Virus record (IMG/VR): IMGVR_UViG_3300021343_000001
Coordinates: 1 to 57,543 of that record
Strand: one strand, 5' to 3'
Length of the DNA: 57,543 nt
From: a virus
Lineage: Duplodnaviria > Caudoviricetes
Shown here: one piece after another, positions 18,936-27,390 of the stretch
Layout: every line of letters starts with the position of its first letter
How positions within the stretch are numbered: the first letter of the stretch is position 1
Made by a program: the position numbers and the translations under genes
The notes under the pieces: model-generated
Told to the model about the DNA's origin: nothing
The model's input: the letters and a program-made list of their open reading frames with translations, nothing else
Databases searched by the model: none

Positions 18936-19254
18936 CATTCTCGTGCGCGTGCCTCAAAAGGAGATCGCTCACTTTTGGGAGCCTATCTTCACCGATGAAA
19001 TAGCATGGTGGACGCTACCATGCCAGCCAGTGAGGTGCGGCAAGGGAGATCGGATCTGGTTTCAGATCGGGGATGAGGTGGTCGCGCGTGCGAGGATCTC
19101 ATGGATCGAGCACGCTACCAAGCGATGCGAATCTACCGGGCGCATCTGGCGCGGGGTGCACCTCGGATGGAGCGGCGGCGATCTGGAGCGGCTCGAGGTG
19201 CCGAGAGAAGGGAAGGGCTTGACGCGCGGCTTTATGTATTACGAGGAGGAGTAA
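18928..19254 (+). CDS. PUA/ASCH/EVE-like domain protein
   Basis: WW.L...P.....GDRIWFQ....VVA.A.I. Confidence 0.5.
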   Translation: MSDILVRVPQKEIAHFWEPIFTDEIAWWTLPCQPVRCGKGDRIWFQIGDEVVARARISWIEHATKRCESTGRIWRGVHLGWSGGDLERLEVPREGKGLTRGFMYYEEE

Positions 19255-19418
19255 TGAGCGAGGGTGATCCGGTCGAGGTGTGGACATACGGCGCGTGGCG
19301 TCCTGGCGTACTGCTCAAGCGCAGCGAGCAATGGTCTCACGTCAAGGTCATCGTTGATGATGACGAGCGCGTGTTCTGGGCAGCAAACAGGTTCGTTCGA
19401 GAAGTGGAGGTGAACTGA
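19254..19418 (+). CDS. small SH3/Tudor-like protein
   Basis: GDPVEVW..GAW.PG.L....V.V.V.....F......VR. Confidence 0.6.
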   Translation: MSEGDPVEVWTYGAWRPGVLLKRSEQWSHVKVIVDDDERVFWAANRFVREVEVN

Positions 19419-19723
19419 TGGGCGCATATTCGAGTTATGTGGTGACATGGTGCAAGATTCTTGGTGTTAAACTTCAAGTGTATGTCGAAGGCAACATGTA
19501 CGAGTTTGTCGAGATCGAGCCAAATGATTGGATGGGGCGAGATATATCGTTGCAGTTGAGGCACGACGGCAACGGTCATTTCGTCGGCTTTTCGTGGGGG
19601 CACGCACCGGGTGAAAAGTACGAGTGGGAAGGAGCGTACAAACGCGCTGAACTTGAGGCGTGGTTTATCGAGAACGGCTTGCCCGATGGCACCGAAGTTG
19701 TCTCGATCGATTGGAGTCTTTGA
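19418..19723 (+). CDS. hypothetical protein
   Basis: GGAGGT RBS; TGATG coupling. Confidence 0.65.
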   Translation: MGAYSSYVVTWCKILGVKLQVYVEGNMYEFVEIEPNDWMGRDISLQLRHDGNGHFVGFSWGHAPGEKYEWEGAYKRAELEAWFIENGLPDGTEVVSIDWSL

Positions 19724-19725
19724 CC

Positions 19726-20472
19726 ATGCCACGTCGCAAGCCTCCCGCGCGCGAACTGACGAAGACCATCGAGCAGCAGTTCGCGCGCGACATTCTCAAA
19801 CTCATGACGCCCGCTCGCCAGCTCATGCGCGCGATGAAGGCAGCCGAGCGCCAGCGCAACGACGCGCTCGGTGATTCGGTCCGCGACCTCTCGAGCGCCA
19901 TCACCTCGTGGTTGCAAGGCATGATCAGCGACAAGGCCGCGCGCGCTGTCGCAGAGCGTCAGATGAAGCGCGTGGAGCGGTTCGGTCGACTCGACTTCGA
20001 GCGGTGGTCCGAGATGGTCGGCATTGATCCGAGAGAGGCGAAGGGGCGCGCTGCTGTTGCCGTCGATGCGATGATGGAGAACGCCATCCTCGAGTCCATG
20101 GGTTACATCAAGGACATCCCGGTGCAACTCGCGCAGCAGGTGAGCGATGAGTTCTCCAACGCGCTCCTGCTCGGGCAACGCGGCAAGTCGCTCGCCACGA
20201 TCTTCGAGGAGCGCCTCGGTGTCGCGGAGTCGAGGGCGAAACTGATCGCGAGAGACCAGAGCACGAAGGCGCTCGGCAACATGCAGAAGGCACGTCAGCA
20301 AGCGCTTGGCGTGACGAGGTATGAGTGGGTAACGGCGGGTGATGAGAGGGTGCGACCCTCGCACGCAGCGCTGAATGGCAAGGTGTTCGACTGGAACGAC
20401 CCGCCGCCCGAGGGGCACCCAGGCGAACCCGTTGCTTGCAGGTGCGTGGCTGCTCCGATCCTCGACGACTAG
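19726..20472 (+). CDS. head morphogenesis protein (SPP1 gp7 / MuF family)
   Basis: RAKLIARDQ, Y.W.TAGDERVR.SH..LNG, HPG...CRC. Confidence 0.92.
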   Translation: MPRRKPPARELTKTIEQQFARDILKLMTPARQLMRAMKAAERQRNDALGDSVRDLSSAITSWLQGMISDKAARAVAERQMKRVERFGRLDFERWSEMVGIDPREAKGRAAVAVDAMMENAILESMGYIKDIPVQLAQQVSDEFSNALLLGQRGKSLATIFEERLGVAESRAKLIARDQSTKALGNMQKARQQALGVTRYEWVTAGDERVRPSHAALNGKVFDWNDPPPEGHPGEPVACRCVAAPILDD

Positions 20473-20972
20473 AGTACTGATGCTGCCAGCAGTCGGGCAA
20501 GTGCTGCGCCGCCGTGCGAGCCAGGCAAGACCCCTCTCCTCTTCCATGTGTCGATGCACGTGTGTGTGCATCCCATGAACTCCGATGCGTGCCAGCCGAG
20601 TTTGCGCTCGAGCTTCTGCACGGTCTCGAAAGGTTCGTCATCCGGTGACATGTCCTCGAAGTCGATCTCGCCCGCGATAAGTTCGTTGACGAGCGGCACC
20701 CAGCAGGATGTCTCGCCCATGCCTGCGCCCTCCCACTTCTTCCACCTCGTGGGCGCTTGCAATCGCACGTTCATCTCCTCGATCGTCGGATAGGGCGGCC
20801 CGTTCTTCCCGACCTTGCCAATGCGCTGCTCCCTGATTGCCATCTCCTCTTCGTTGAGGTCGAGCCCCTCCCTGAATGCTCGAAGTTGCTCGCGCGTTGG
20901 TGGACGCCAGGAGAATCCCCAAATCTCCTCTGCTCGAATGATGCAACTGCGGATGTTACGAATCACGCCCAT
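20469..20972 (-). CDS. putative HTH regulator (two HTH-like segments)
   Basis: PT.EQLRAFREGLDL.EEEMA...WKKWE; ASEFMG.....IDTWKRRG. Confidence 0.5.
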   Translation of the reverse strand: MGVIRNIRSCIIRAEEIWGFSWRPPTREQLRAFREGLDLNEEEMAIREQRIGKVGKNGPPYPTIEEMNVRLQAPTRWKKWEGAGMGETSCWVPLVNELIAGEIDFEDMSPDDEPFETVQKLERKLGWHASEFMGCTHTCIDTWKRRGVLPGSHGGAALARLLAASVL

Positions 20973-21349
20973 GACACTTCCTCCAGCCCTCGCGTCCTGT
21001 CGCTCTCGATGGTCGCCACGCATTGTGCGTGCGCTGCCTTGACGAATTGGCGCTCACGCGCAGCGCAGTCAGCGATCTCGTACCAGTGCGCACGCGTCTT
21101 GCCCCAGGTAGATTCCGCGAGCGCGACCGCCTCGCGCCTGCGACGGTCGAGGAAGTCGGCGTACTTGTCGAGCCCCACAACGCACCCGTCCGGGTCGTCG
21201 AAGATCGTCGTCGAGCACACGGCCATGATGCCGCCCCAGCCCTTGCGATAGTGGCGCTCGCGCGTTGCCTTGCTCGCAGGCTCTCCCATCGTCTGCACCC
21301 ACGCTTGCACGCGCTCCCTGATGCATGTCGTCAATTCAGCGTTTCTCAT
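20963..21349 (-). CDS. hypothetical early protein
   Basis: GGAGAGG RBS; coupled. Confidence 0.65.
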   Translation of the reverse strand: MRNAELTTCIRERVQAWVQTMGEPASKATRERHYRKGWGGIMAVCSTTIFDDPDGCVVGLDKYADFLDRRRREAVALAESTWGKTRAHWYEIADCAARERQFVKAAHAQCVATIESDRTRGLEEVSWA

Positions 21350-21570
21350 GTTGTCCTCTCCTTGTAGTACCTCGCGCGAGACCAGAATGCCTTGCCTTGC
21401 TTGTTGATGGCATCGACCTTCGCACGCTTGCGAGTGATGGTATCGTAAATCCTCATGCCCCCTCGAGCTTGCGCGACGCACTCCGAGAGGCTATCGCTGC
21501 TCATGACATCGACCCAGCGCCACGCATTGTTTAGCGCGCGGCGCTGGAGAATGAATCGTTCACCAGTCAT
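21346..21570 (-). CDS. small hypothetical early protein
   Basis: GGAG RBS; coupled. Confidence 0.55.
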   Translation of the reverse strand: MTGERFILQRRALNNAWRWVDVMSSDSLSECVAQARGGMRIYDTITRKRAKVDAINKQGKAFWSRARYYKERTT

Positions 21571-21925
21571 CGCGTCGGCTCTCCATCTCCTGCACGTATG
21601 CTTCGTGCGCGATCCTGTCGGCTTCGAGTTCCGCTCGGTGCCATTCGTTGAGGTTGCGATCATACTCTCGTGAGTCCTCGCGATCCTGCCTCGTCTGCTT
21701 GCCGTATCCCTGGCACGCTCCGCATTCGATCCCGTAGTCGTGCCTCGCGCCGCCGCACACCTCACATTCACGGATCTCGAACGCCTTGGTGATTTTCCTG
21801 ATGGCATGTGTCTTGATGGCGTCGTCTTTGACTTCCTCGAGCCATTCGAGCGCCTCGAGCGGGTTGCCTTGCTCGAACGCTTCGTCGAGCGCGTCTTTGA
21901 TGATGTCTTTGTCTTGCTTGCTCAT
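21560..21925 (-). CDS. acidic protein with CxxCxG zinc motifs
   Basis: CEVCGG...CGACQGYG; conserved 16-nt RBS element. Confidence 0.75.
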   Translation of the reverse strand: MSKQDKDIIKDALDEAFEQGNPLEALEWLEEVKDDAIKTHAIRKITKAFEIRECEVCGGARHDYGIECGACQGYGKQTRQDREDSREYDRNLNEWHRAELEADRIAHEAYVQEMESRRDDW

Positions 21926-21926
21926 G

Positions 21927-21942
21927 TCTCGCTCCTTCGAGT
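21927..21942 (-). promoter_or_regulatory. RBS hairpin ACTCGAAGGAGCGAGA, copy 1 of 4
   Basis: Identical at 22313-22328, 49100-49115 and 49455-49470. Confidence 0.85.
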
Positions 21943-21947
21943 GTGGT

Positions 21948-21986
21948 TGCACCTCAAAAGCCCGCCGGGCTTGCGCCGGGCGGGCT
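21948..21986 (-). terminator. conserved hairpin (terminator/attenuator-like), paralogous to 49130-49168
   Basis: AGCCCGCC...GCAA...GGCGGGCT-TTTGAGGTGCA. Confidence 0.6.
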
Positions 21987-22010
21987 AGTGCTGGTCTGGT
22001 CTGGTCTGGC

Positions 22011-22310
22011 TCACGCCGCCGTAAGGCAGTTGATGAAGTCTCGGTGCGCTTCGCTGTGTGCGTAGGCGCGAGCCATGGTGTAGAGGTCGCCCGCCTTGCC
22101 GGTGAAGGCGATGTCGGTGAAGACCGCCTCGAAGGTCTCGAGCGCCGTGTTGTAGTTGTCCTCGAGGCGGCTGTCGAAGTTGTCAGCGCAGTAAACGGCG
22201 GATGCCTCGCGAGCGGTGCGGAAATAGAGCCCTTCGTTCGCGCAATCGCGGAGGTAGGTGATTGCTTCGGTGCGGATTGCTTCGAGTGCTGCGGTAAGTT
22301 CGTTGTTCAT
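22011..22310 (-). CDS. small acidic early protein (first gene of leftward cassette 1)
   Basis: Conserved RBS element; promoter directly upstream. Confidence 0.75.
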   Translation of the reverse strand: MNNELTAALEAIRTEAITYLRDCANEGLYFRTAREASAVYCADNFDSRLEDNYNTALETFEAVFTDIAFTGKAGDLYTMARAYAHSEAHRDFINCLTAA

Positions 22311-22312
22311 TT

Positions 22313-22328
22313 TCTCGCTCCTTCGAGT
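22313..22328 (-). promoter_or_regulatory. RBS hairpin ACTCGAAGGAGCGAGA, copy 2
   Basis: 16/16 identity with the other copies. Confidence 0.85.
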
Positions 22329-22362
22329 TGTTGCGTGGGTCATTCCCTCGCTGACAAGAACC

Positions 22363-22402
22363 AACTTAGAGCACCTCCCCTCATGCGTCAATATAAAAAA
22401 CA
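22363..22402 (-). promoter_or_regulatory. sigma70-type leftward promoter with AT-rich upstream tract
   Basis: TTGACG-17nt-TAAGTT; TGTTTTTTATATTGACG nearly identical to 49526-49543. Confidence 0.65.
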
Positions 22403-22440
22403 TCAACCCATGATAAAAAATATCGACCGATCATGAGGAG

Positions 22441-22479
22441 GGGCAATCTGTTGCCCGTATGTCGTGGCACCCCTATTTT
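22441..22479 (+). promoter_or_regulatory. putative rightward promoter for head genes, with a palindrome over the -35
   Basis: GGGCAA-TCTG-TTGCCC; TTGCCC-17nt-TATTTT. Confidence 0.45.
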
Positions 22480-22511
22480 GCATGAGGGAAAGTCATCGCT
22501 CCGAGGGATGC

Positions 22512-23834
22512 ATGAATCGAGTTCATAGGTACGATCAAGGCACGCTGCGCAAGCCGCACCGCACCGAGGAGGGCTTCCTCTATTTCGAGTGCGTCGCGAC
22601 TCGTGCGGGTGTGTTCGAGTATCGCCGCGCCGATGGCTCCATACGGCGCGAGTGGCGACCACGGGAAGAGGTCGCGCGCGCTGATAGCCTCGCGACCCTC
22701 GGTCGTAAGCCTGTCACGCTCACGCACCCTGAAGAGGGCGGCGTGCCTGTCCTCGTGACGCCTGGCAACGCGAAGCAATTCGCAGCGGGCGCAGTTGGCG
22801 AAGAGGTCGAGGTGATCGACCGCGCCGACGACCTGACCGAAGAAGAGGGTCCATACGTCCGCGTGACTGGCAGCGTGTACCGCTCGGACGCCATCGACGC
22901 GATCGAGTCAGGTATGCGCGCTGTCTCGTGCGGATACGAATGCGACCTCGAAGAGAAGGCGGGCACCACGCCCACGGGCGAGCGATACGACTGCATCCAA
23001 CGCAACATCACATACAATCACCTCGCGATCGTCCCTCGTGGTCGAGCGGGAGATGTCGCCGTCCTTCGCGCTGACACAGATGATGCTGTGCAGTGGGGCG
23101 GAATCACACCACAGCACAGCCAAAAGGTGACGCATATGAAGCGCAAGAACCTTCGCGGGGACGAATACGAGATCCCCGCCGATCAGTCTGCCCTCGCTGA
23201 ACTCCTCCTCTCCGATGTCCGCACGCTTAAGGCGGATATGGAAGAGATGAAAGAGGACATCGACGGCATGGAAGAGGAACTGAAGAAAGAGGACGCCGAC
23301 CCTTACGCCGATCGCATCGACGCCATGCAAGAGAAGATGGACGCTCAGGGCGAGATGCTCGACAAGATCGTCAAGATGCTCGCATCCATGGGCGGCGAGG
23401 AACTCGAGGAAGCAGGCGAGATGGAGCGCGAGGACCGCGCCGACGCATTCAAGAATATGGATGACGGCGCGCTGAAAGCTCACCTCGAGAAGGTCCGCGC
23501 CGACGCCAAGGCTGAAGCGCTCGCGCGCCTCGAACTCGAAGGCAAGGCGACCGCGCTCAAGATCGACGGCATCGACAAGCTCGACGACCGCAAGTTGCTC
23601 GAGGCAGTCGCCGCGAAAGCGACCGGCACCGAGGTCCGCGCCGACGCTTCCGATGACTACCTGCGTGGCATGATCGCCAACGTGCGCATCGACGACGGCG
23701 CGAGTCAGGAAGGCGCGTCCTACCTTGGCACGGGCAACCGTCAGGTCAACACCGACGGCGCGCTCTCGGGCAAGGATCTCATGCTCGCCAACCTCGCGAA
23801 AGCGCGTCAGGCACGCCTCGACGCTCAACAGTGA
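22512..23834 (+). CDS. prohead protease/scaffold (DUF2213 family)
   Basis: T.EGFL, R.GV..Y, PVT..HP, VSCGY.C, Q..I.YNHLAIV.RGRAG; acidic coiled-coil C-terminus. Confidence 0.9.
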   Translation: MNRVHRYDQGTLRKPHRTEEGFLYFECVATRAGVFEYRRADGSIRREWRPREEVARADSLATLGRKPVTLTHPEEGGVPVLVTPGNAKQFAAGAVGEEVEVIDRADDLTEEEGPYVRVTGSVYRSDAIDAIESGMRAVSCGYECDLEEKAGTTPTGERYDCIQRNITYNHLAIVPRGRAGDVAVLRADTDDAVQWGGITPQHSQKVTHMKRKNLRGDEYEIPADQSALAELLLSDVRTLKADMEEMKEDIDGMEEELKKEDADPYADRIDAMQEKMDAQGEMLDKIVKMLASMGGEELEEAGEMEREDRADAFKNMDDGALKAHLEKVRADAKAEALARLELEGKATALKIDGIDKLDDRKLLEAVAAKATGTEVRADASDDYLRGMIANVRIDDGASQEGASYLGTGNRQVNTDGALSGKDLMLANLAKARQARLDAQQ

Positions 23835-23870
23835 AATCACGCCGCAAGGCTTACCGCATAGGAGAACACC

Positions 23871-24965
23871 ATGCCTCAAGTGTCTGCACCTTACCCGTTG
23901 CCCGCTGGGCTCGACGGCGATTGGTACGATAGCAACTTCTTCAAGGACAGCATCACGCTCGTCAACGCCGACCCTCAAGCCGTGCAGATCAGCACGCTCA
24001 CGGTCAGCGCCGCGACGAACGACAAGACCTACACGGTCTACATTCAGAACATCCCGGTGTCCTTCACCGCCGATGGCAGCGCGACCACGGCTGAGATCGC
24101 CACGGGTCTCGGCGCTGCGATCGAGGCAGAGAGCGCGCTCGCGTTTATCGACGTGTCGGTCGCCTCGAACGTCGTAACCCTCACCGGTCGTCAAGAGGGG
24201 CTCGTCTTCACGCTCGTGGAGAACGACGCGCAACTTGCCTTCGCGACCTCGCAAAGCGCAGCGGATGCCGCTGTCGTGAACTTCGGTCGCTTCATCGTCC
24301 GCGCGGCTGACGCCTCGGACGGCACCAAGCAAGGTCGCCTGATCAACGGCACCGACCTCGACGGCGCGAGCGCGACGCTCTCCTTCACCGCCGATAACTC
24401 GCAGCCCTACTCGGGCACGATCACCATCGACGGCGTGGGTTACGACTTCACGTTCACCTCGGATGGCAGCGCGACCGCGAACGAGATCGCCACGGGCCTG
24501 AAGGCTGCGATCGATGCGCTCTCCCTCGACGTGACCACGGCGCTCGACACTGATGATCTCGTGATCACCGGCGACGAGGGCGTGAACTTCGTCCTCTCGA
24601 ACCTCGCCGCTGGTGGCGCTGGCGCGATCTCGCTCGACGCCTACAGCGCAGCCTCGACGCTCTCCGAGTGTCTGGTTGCTGTCCGCAGCGACGCGCGCAC
24701 GCAAACCTCGAGCGGCATCGTCAACGGCTACGCGCCAAACAGCAACATGGCAGCCGGTCGCAAGGGGCGCGTTCGCGTGCCCACCGAGGCGCTCGTGAGC
24801 GCAGGAGATCCTGTCTACGTGCGCTACGCCGCTGATGGCTCGCTCGATCAACTCGGCGTCTTCAGCAACGCCGCAGGCACCGGGCTCGTGCGCATCGACA
24901 ACCTTTTCAACGTCAGTTGGTACGAGGGGTCTTCGCAGCAACAGGGCGTCCTTCAACTTGGCTGA
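23871..24965 (+). CDS. head decoration/cement protein with a duplicated internal module
   Basis: Between scaffold and capsid; V.FGR, GR.RV..E..V.AGDPVYVR; two FT.DGSAT..EIATGL.AAI repeats. Confidence 0.7.
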   Translation: MPQVSAPYPLPAGLDGDWYDSNFFKDSITLVNADPQAVQISTLTVSAATNDKTYTVYIQNIPVSFTADGSATTAEIATGLGAAIEAESALAFIDVSVASNVVTLTGRQEGLVFTLVENDAQLAFATSQSAADAAVVNFGRFIVRAADASDGTKQGRLINGTDLDGASATLSFTADNSQPYSGTITIDGVGYDFTFTSDGSATANEIATGLKAAIDALSLDVTTALDTDDLVITGDEGVNFVLSNLAAGGAGAISLDAYSAASTLSECLVAVRSDARTQTSSGIVNGYAPNSNMAAGRKGRVRVPTEALVSAGDPVYVRYAADGSLDQLGVFSNAAGTGLVRIDNLFNVSWYEGSSQQQGVLQLG

Positions 24966-25015
24966 AACCAACATCGCCGCCGTTGATGGCGGCTTGAAAG
25001 CATAGGAGCATTCAC

Positions 25016-25927
25016 ATGCCGACCACGCAAATCAACGGCCTCTCCGCCTTTACCGGAGAACAGCTCATCTCGCACGCGAACCGCGTGTATGAGGAGGTCT
25101 TGCCTCCGCTCAACAGCGACAAGGTGATGACCCCCACCGGGTCCGAGCACAAGTTCATGGCGCAGATCGAGAAGCTCGTCTCGCAGCACGTCGGGCAGGC
25201 TGATTGGGTCAGTGACGACGGGCGCGACATTCCTCGCGCCAACAGCGTCACGATCCGCGACCTCTACAACAACGCGCTCTTCGGTTGCTCCTACGGGTTC
25301 AACTACAGCGAGCAAGGCGCAGCGCAGAAGGTCGGGCTCGGTCTCCTCGATCGCCGCGCTCGCGCATGTCGCCGCGCGATGGAGTCGTTTCGCAATGAGG
25401 TCTTCTTCGTCGGCTCGACCGCGAAGCAGATCTACGGCGTGAGCAACAACCCGTATGTCCCTCGCATCACCATCGACGCGACGGACTTCCAGGCAGGCGC
25501 AGATCCAGACAACACGCTCGCCGCGTTGCATGGGATGGAGAACCAGGTTGACGAGCAGAGCAACCAGGCGTTCCAGCCTGACGTGCTCGCGATGCCGCAG
25601 ACCTACTACAACTTCATCGCGACGGCGCGCGCGTCGACGCTCAACAGCGAGACGATCCTCACGGTCTTCCTGCGCAACGCGCAGTGGATCAAGTCGGTCA
25701 TCTCGATCCGCGAGTTCAACACCGCTGGTCCTGCCGGGCTGCCAATCATGGTCGCGCTCTCGACGCAATCGCCCGACTTCATCGAGAACATCGTGCCCGA
25801 GGAACTCGAGATCCTCGCGCCGCTGCGCACCTCTCCGCTCGAGACTACCGTCTCGATGGTCGGTGAGACTGCAGGCATGATCACCGAATACCCGATCGGG
25901 CACCTGATCGGCGAGTTCGACGAGTGA
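25016..25927 (+). CDS. major capsid protein (DUF2184-type, HK97 fold)
   Basis: Position; N.V.F.G......YG..NNP, PD.LAMP, TIL..FL.N. Confidence 0.85.
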   Translation: MPTTQINGLSAFTGEQLISHANRVYEEVLPPLNSDKVMTPTGSEHKFMAQIEKLVSQHVGQADWVSDDGRDIPRANSVTIRDLYNNALFGCSYGFNYSEQGAAQKVGLGLLDRRARACRRAMESFRNEVFFVGSTAKQIYGVSNNPYVPRITIDATDFQAGADPDNTLAALHGMENQVDEQSNQAFQPDVLAMPQTYYNFIATARASTLNSETILTVFLRNAQWIKSVISIREFNTAGPAGLPIMVALSTQSPDFIENIVPEELEILAPLRTSPLETTVSMVGETAGMITEYPIGHLIGEFDE

Positions 25928-25934
25928 TGACCAC

Positions 25935-25964
25935 GCGGGCGCTGGCAATCCGGTCAGCGCCCGC
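25935..25964 (+). terminator. GC-rich hairpin after the capsid gene
   Basis: GCGGGCGCTG/CAGCGCCCGC stem; no U tract. Confidence 0.4.
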
Positions 25965-25996
25965 ACGCACCTTCCATACGAGATAGGAGAGAAGAG

Positions 25997-26512
25997 ATGA
26001 CGAACCGACGAGGAAAGAGCAAGGGTGAAACGCAGGTCGAGCTGGCAGACGGGAGCCCGCAGAGCAACGATGATGTGCTCGTGTGGTCGAGCCTGTCTTA
26101 CCCCTACACCTTGCGTGTGATCACCTCGCGTTACAACCCGAAGAAGATCGGGGAGTACGCAGACGGCAACTGGGACAAGGCAGACGCCGTGCTCAAGCCC
26201 GGCCCAAACCGCGTACCCAAAGAGATCTGGGATGCGCACAAGGACAACCCCAACGTGGTCAAGCGCCTCGATCTGAACGTGCTCAGTGTCGGCAAGGAAC
26301 CAAAGCGAGAGATCTCACGTCAGCTCGCAGCGTACCAGGCGGGCAACGCCATGAGCGCCGTCGAGGTGATCGACATCCACAGCGAAGTGACGCACGCACC
26401 GGAGACACGCTTCGAGCAACAGGTGCGTCAGCAGGGCAACATCCCGATCGTCGGCAAGGCGTCCAACGCGGCAACCGCTGCGCTCGGCGCTCCCATCGTC
26501 GCAGGAGGCTGA
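25997..26512 (+). CDS. hypothetical head-associated protein
   Basis: Position; L.PG.N.V....W motif. Confidence 0.7.
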   Translation: MTNRRGKSKGETQVELADGSPQSNDDVLVWSSLSYPYTLRVITSRYNPKKIGEYADGNWDKADAVLKPGPNRVPKEIWDAHKDNPNVVKRLDLNVLSVGKEPKREISRQLAAYQAGNAMSAVEVIDIHSEVTHAPETRFEQQVRQQGNIPIVGKASNAATAALGAPIVAGG

Positions 26513-26515
26513 CCC

Positions 26516-26929
26516 ATGGCGACGACGCTCGAACTCGTGCGCGTCTACTATCCCGCCTATGACGCGGTGGCAGACGCGACGGTCAACATCCTGATCGAGC
26601 AAGCAGCGCTCGAGATCGGTTCGGCGTCGTCGACGTGGGGCATCTTCTACCAACGCGCCGTGGTCGCGCTCACCGCGCACGCGCTCGAACTGAGAGCGCG
26701 TAGCGCGTCGAGCGGGGCAGGCGGGACGGCATCGGGGATGACCGCCATGGGCACGGCGACCTCGATCAAGACTGGCGACCTGAGCCTGTCAGTGTCGGAC
26801 AACACCGGCACGATCGCCGGGGGCTTTGTCGCAGGATCGGACAAGATCTATGCCCAGACCCAGGGCGGTCAAGATTATCTGCGCCTTCGAGAGAGGGTGC
26901 CTGAATTTGGAATCGCGGTGACGCAATGA
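26516..26929 (+). CDS. head-tail adaptor (DUF4054-like)
   Basis: YP.Y..V.D, L.AH.L, S...GDLS.S, TQGGQ.YLRL. Confidence 0.8.
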   Translation: MATTLELVRVYYPAYDAVADATVNILIEQAALEIGSASSTWGIFYQRAVVALTAHALELRARSASSGAGGTASGMTAMGTATSIKTGDLSLSVSDNTGTIAGGFVAGSDKIYAQTQGGQDYLRLRERVPEFGIAVTQ

Positions 26930-27390
26930 GCGCCAAGATCATCAAAAACCTGAGCAACTTCAACCGCGTCATCGGGCAAATGCAAGATGCAGGTCGGTTG
27001 CGCGTGGTGGTCGGCGCTCCTGGCACGCCGCACGGTGACGGGCTCACCGACGGTCAACTGCTCGCGATCCACGAGTACGGGAACCAGTGGACGCCCGAGC
27101 GCTCGGTGCTCCGCTCGACGCTTCGAGAGGAGCGCAAGGCTGTCCTGAAGCAGCTCGCGAAGGACAACCGAAAGGTCGCGCGAGGCTCGATGACGGTGCG
27201 CCAGTCCCTCGGGCGCGCGGGGCTCTACCTCGAAGGGCAAGTCAAGCGCAAGTTTGGCAGCAGCGAACTCGCGCCGCTCGCGCCCTCGACGATCGAGGCG
27301 AAGGGCTCGAGCGCGCCGCTGATCGACACAGGGCGCTTGCGCGCATCCATCACGAGCAAGATCGTGGACAAGAGGGAGGTGGACGAATGA
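26926..27390 (+). CDS. neck / tail-completion protein
   Basis: IHEYG...PERS.LR; APSTI.AKGSS.PLIDTG.LR.SI. Confidence 0.8.
   Translation: MSAKIIKNLSNFNRVIGQMQDAGRLRVVVGAPGTPHGDGLTDGQLLAIHEYGNQWTPERSVLRSTLREERKAVLKQLAKDNRKVARGSMTVRQSLGRAGLYLEGQVKRKFGSSELAPLAPSTIEAKGSSAPLIDTGRLRASITSKIVDKREVDE

Noticed and set aside
5690-19254. Shared poly-Glu C-termini (EEEE) on many small proteins as a targeting tag
   Set aside because: Explained by the next gene's GAGGAG SD overlapping the end of the ORF
21991-22009. (CTGGT)x4 microsatellite
   Set aside because: Short, intergenic and not conserved in the paralogous cassette; no supportable function
22908-24974. Long antisense ORFs (688 aa here, 607 aa at 43931-45754, 484 aa at 16150-17604, 428 aa at 24953-26239)
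   Set aside because: Shadow frames of high-GC genes that have clear + strand family motifs; no RBS or recognisable motifs
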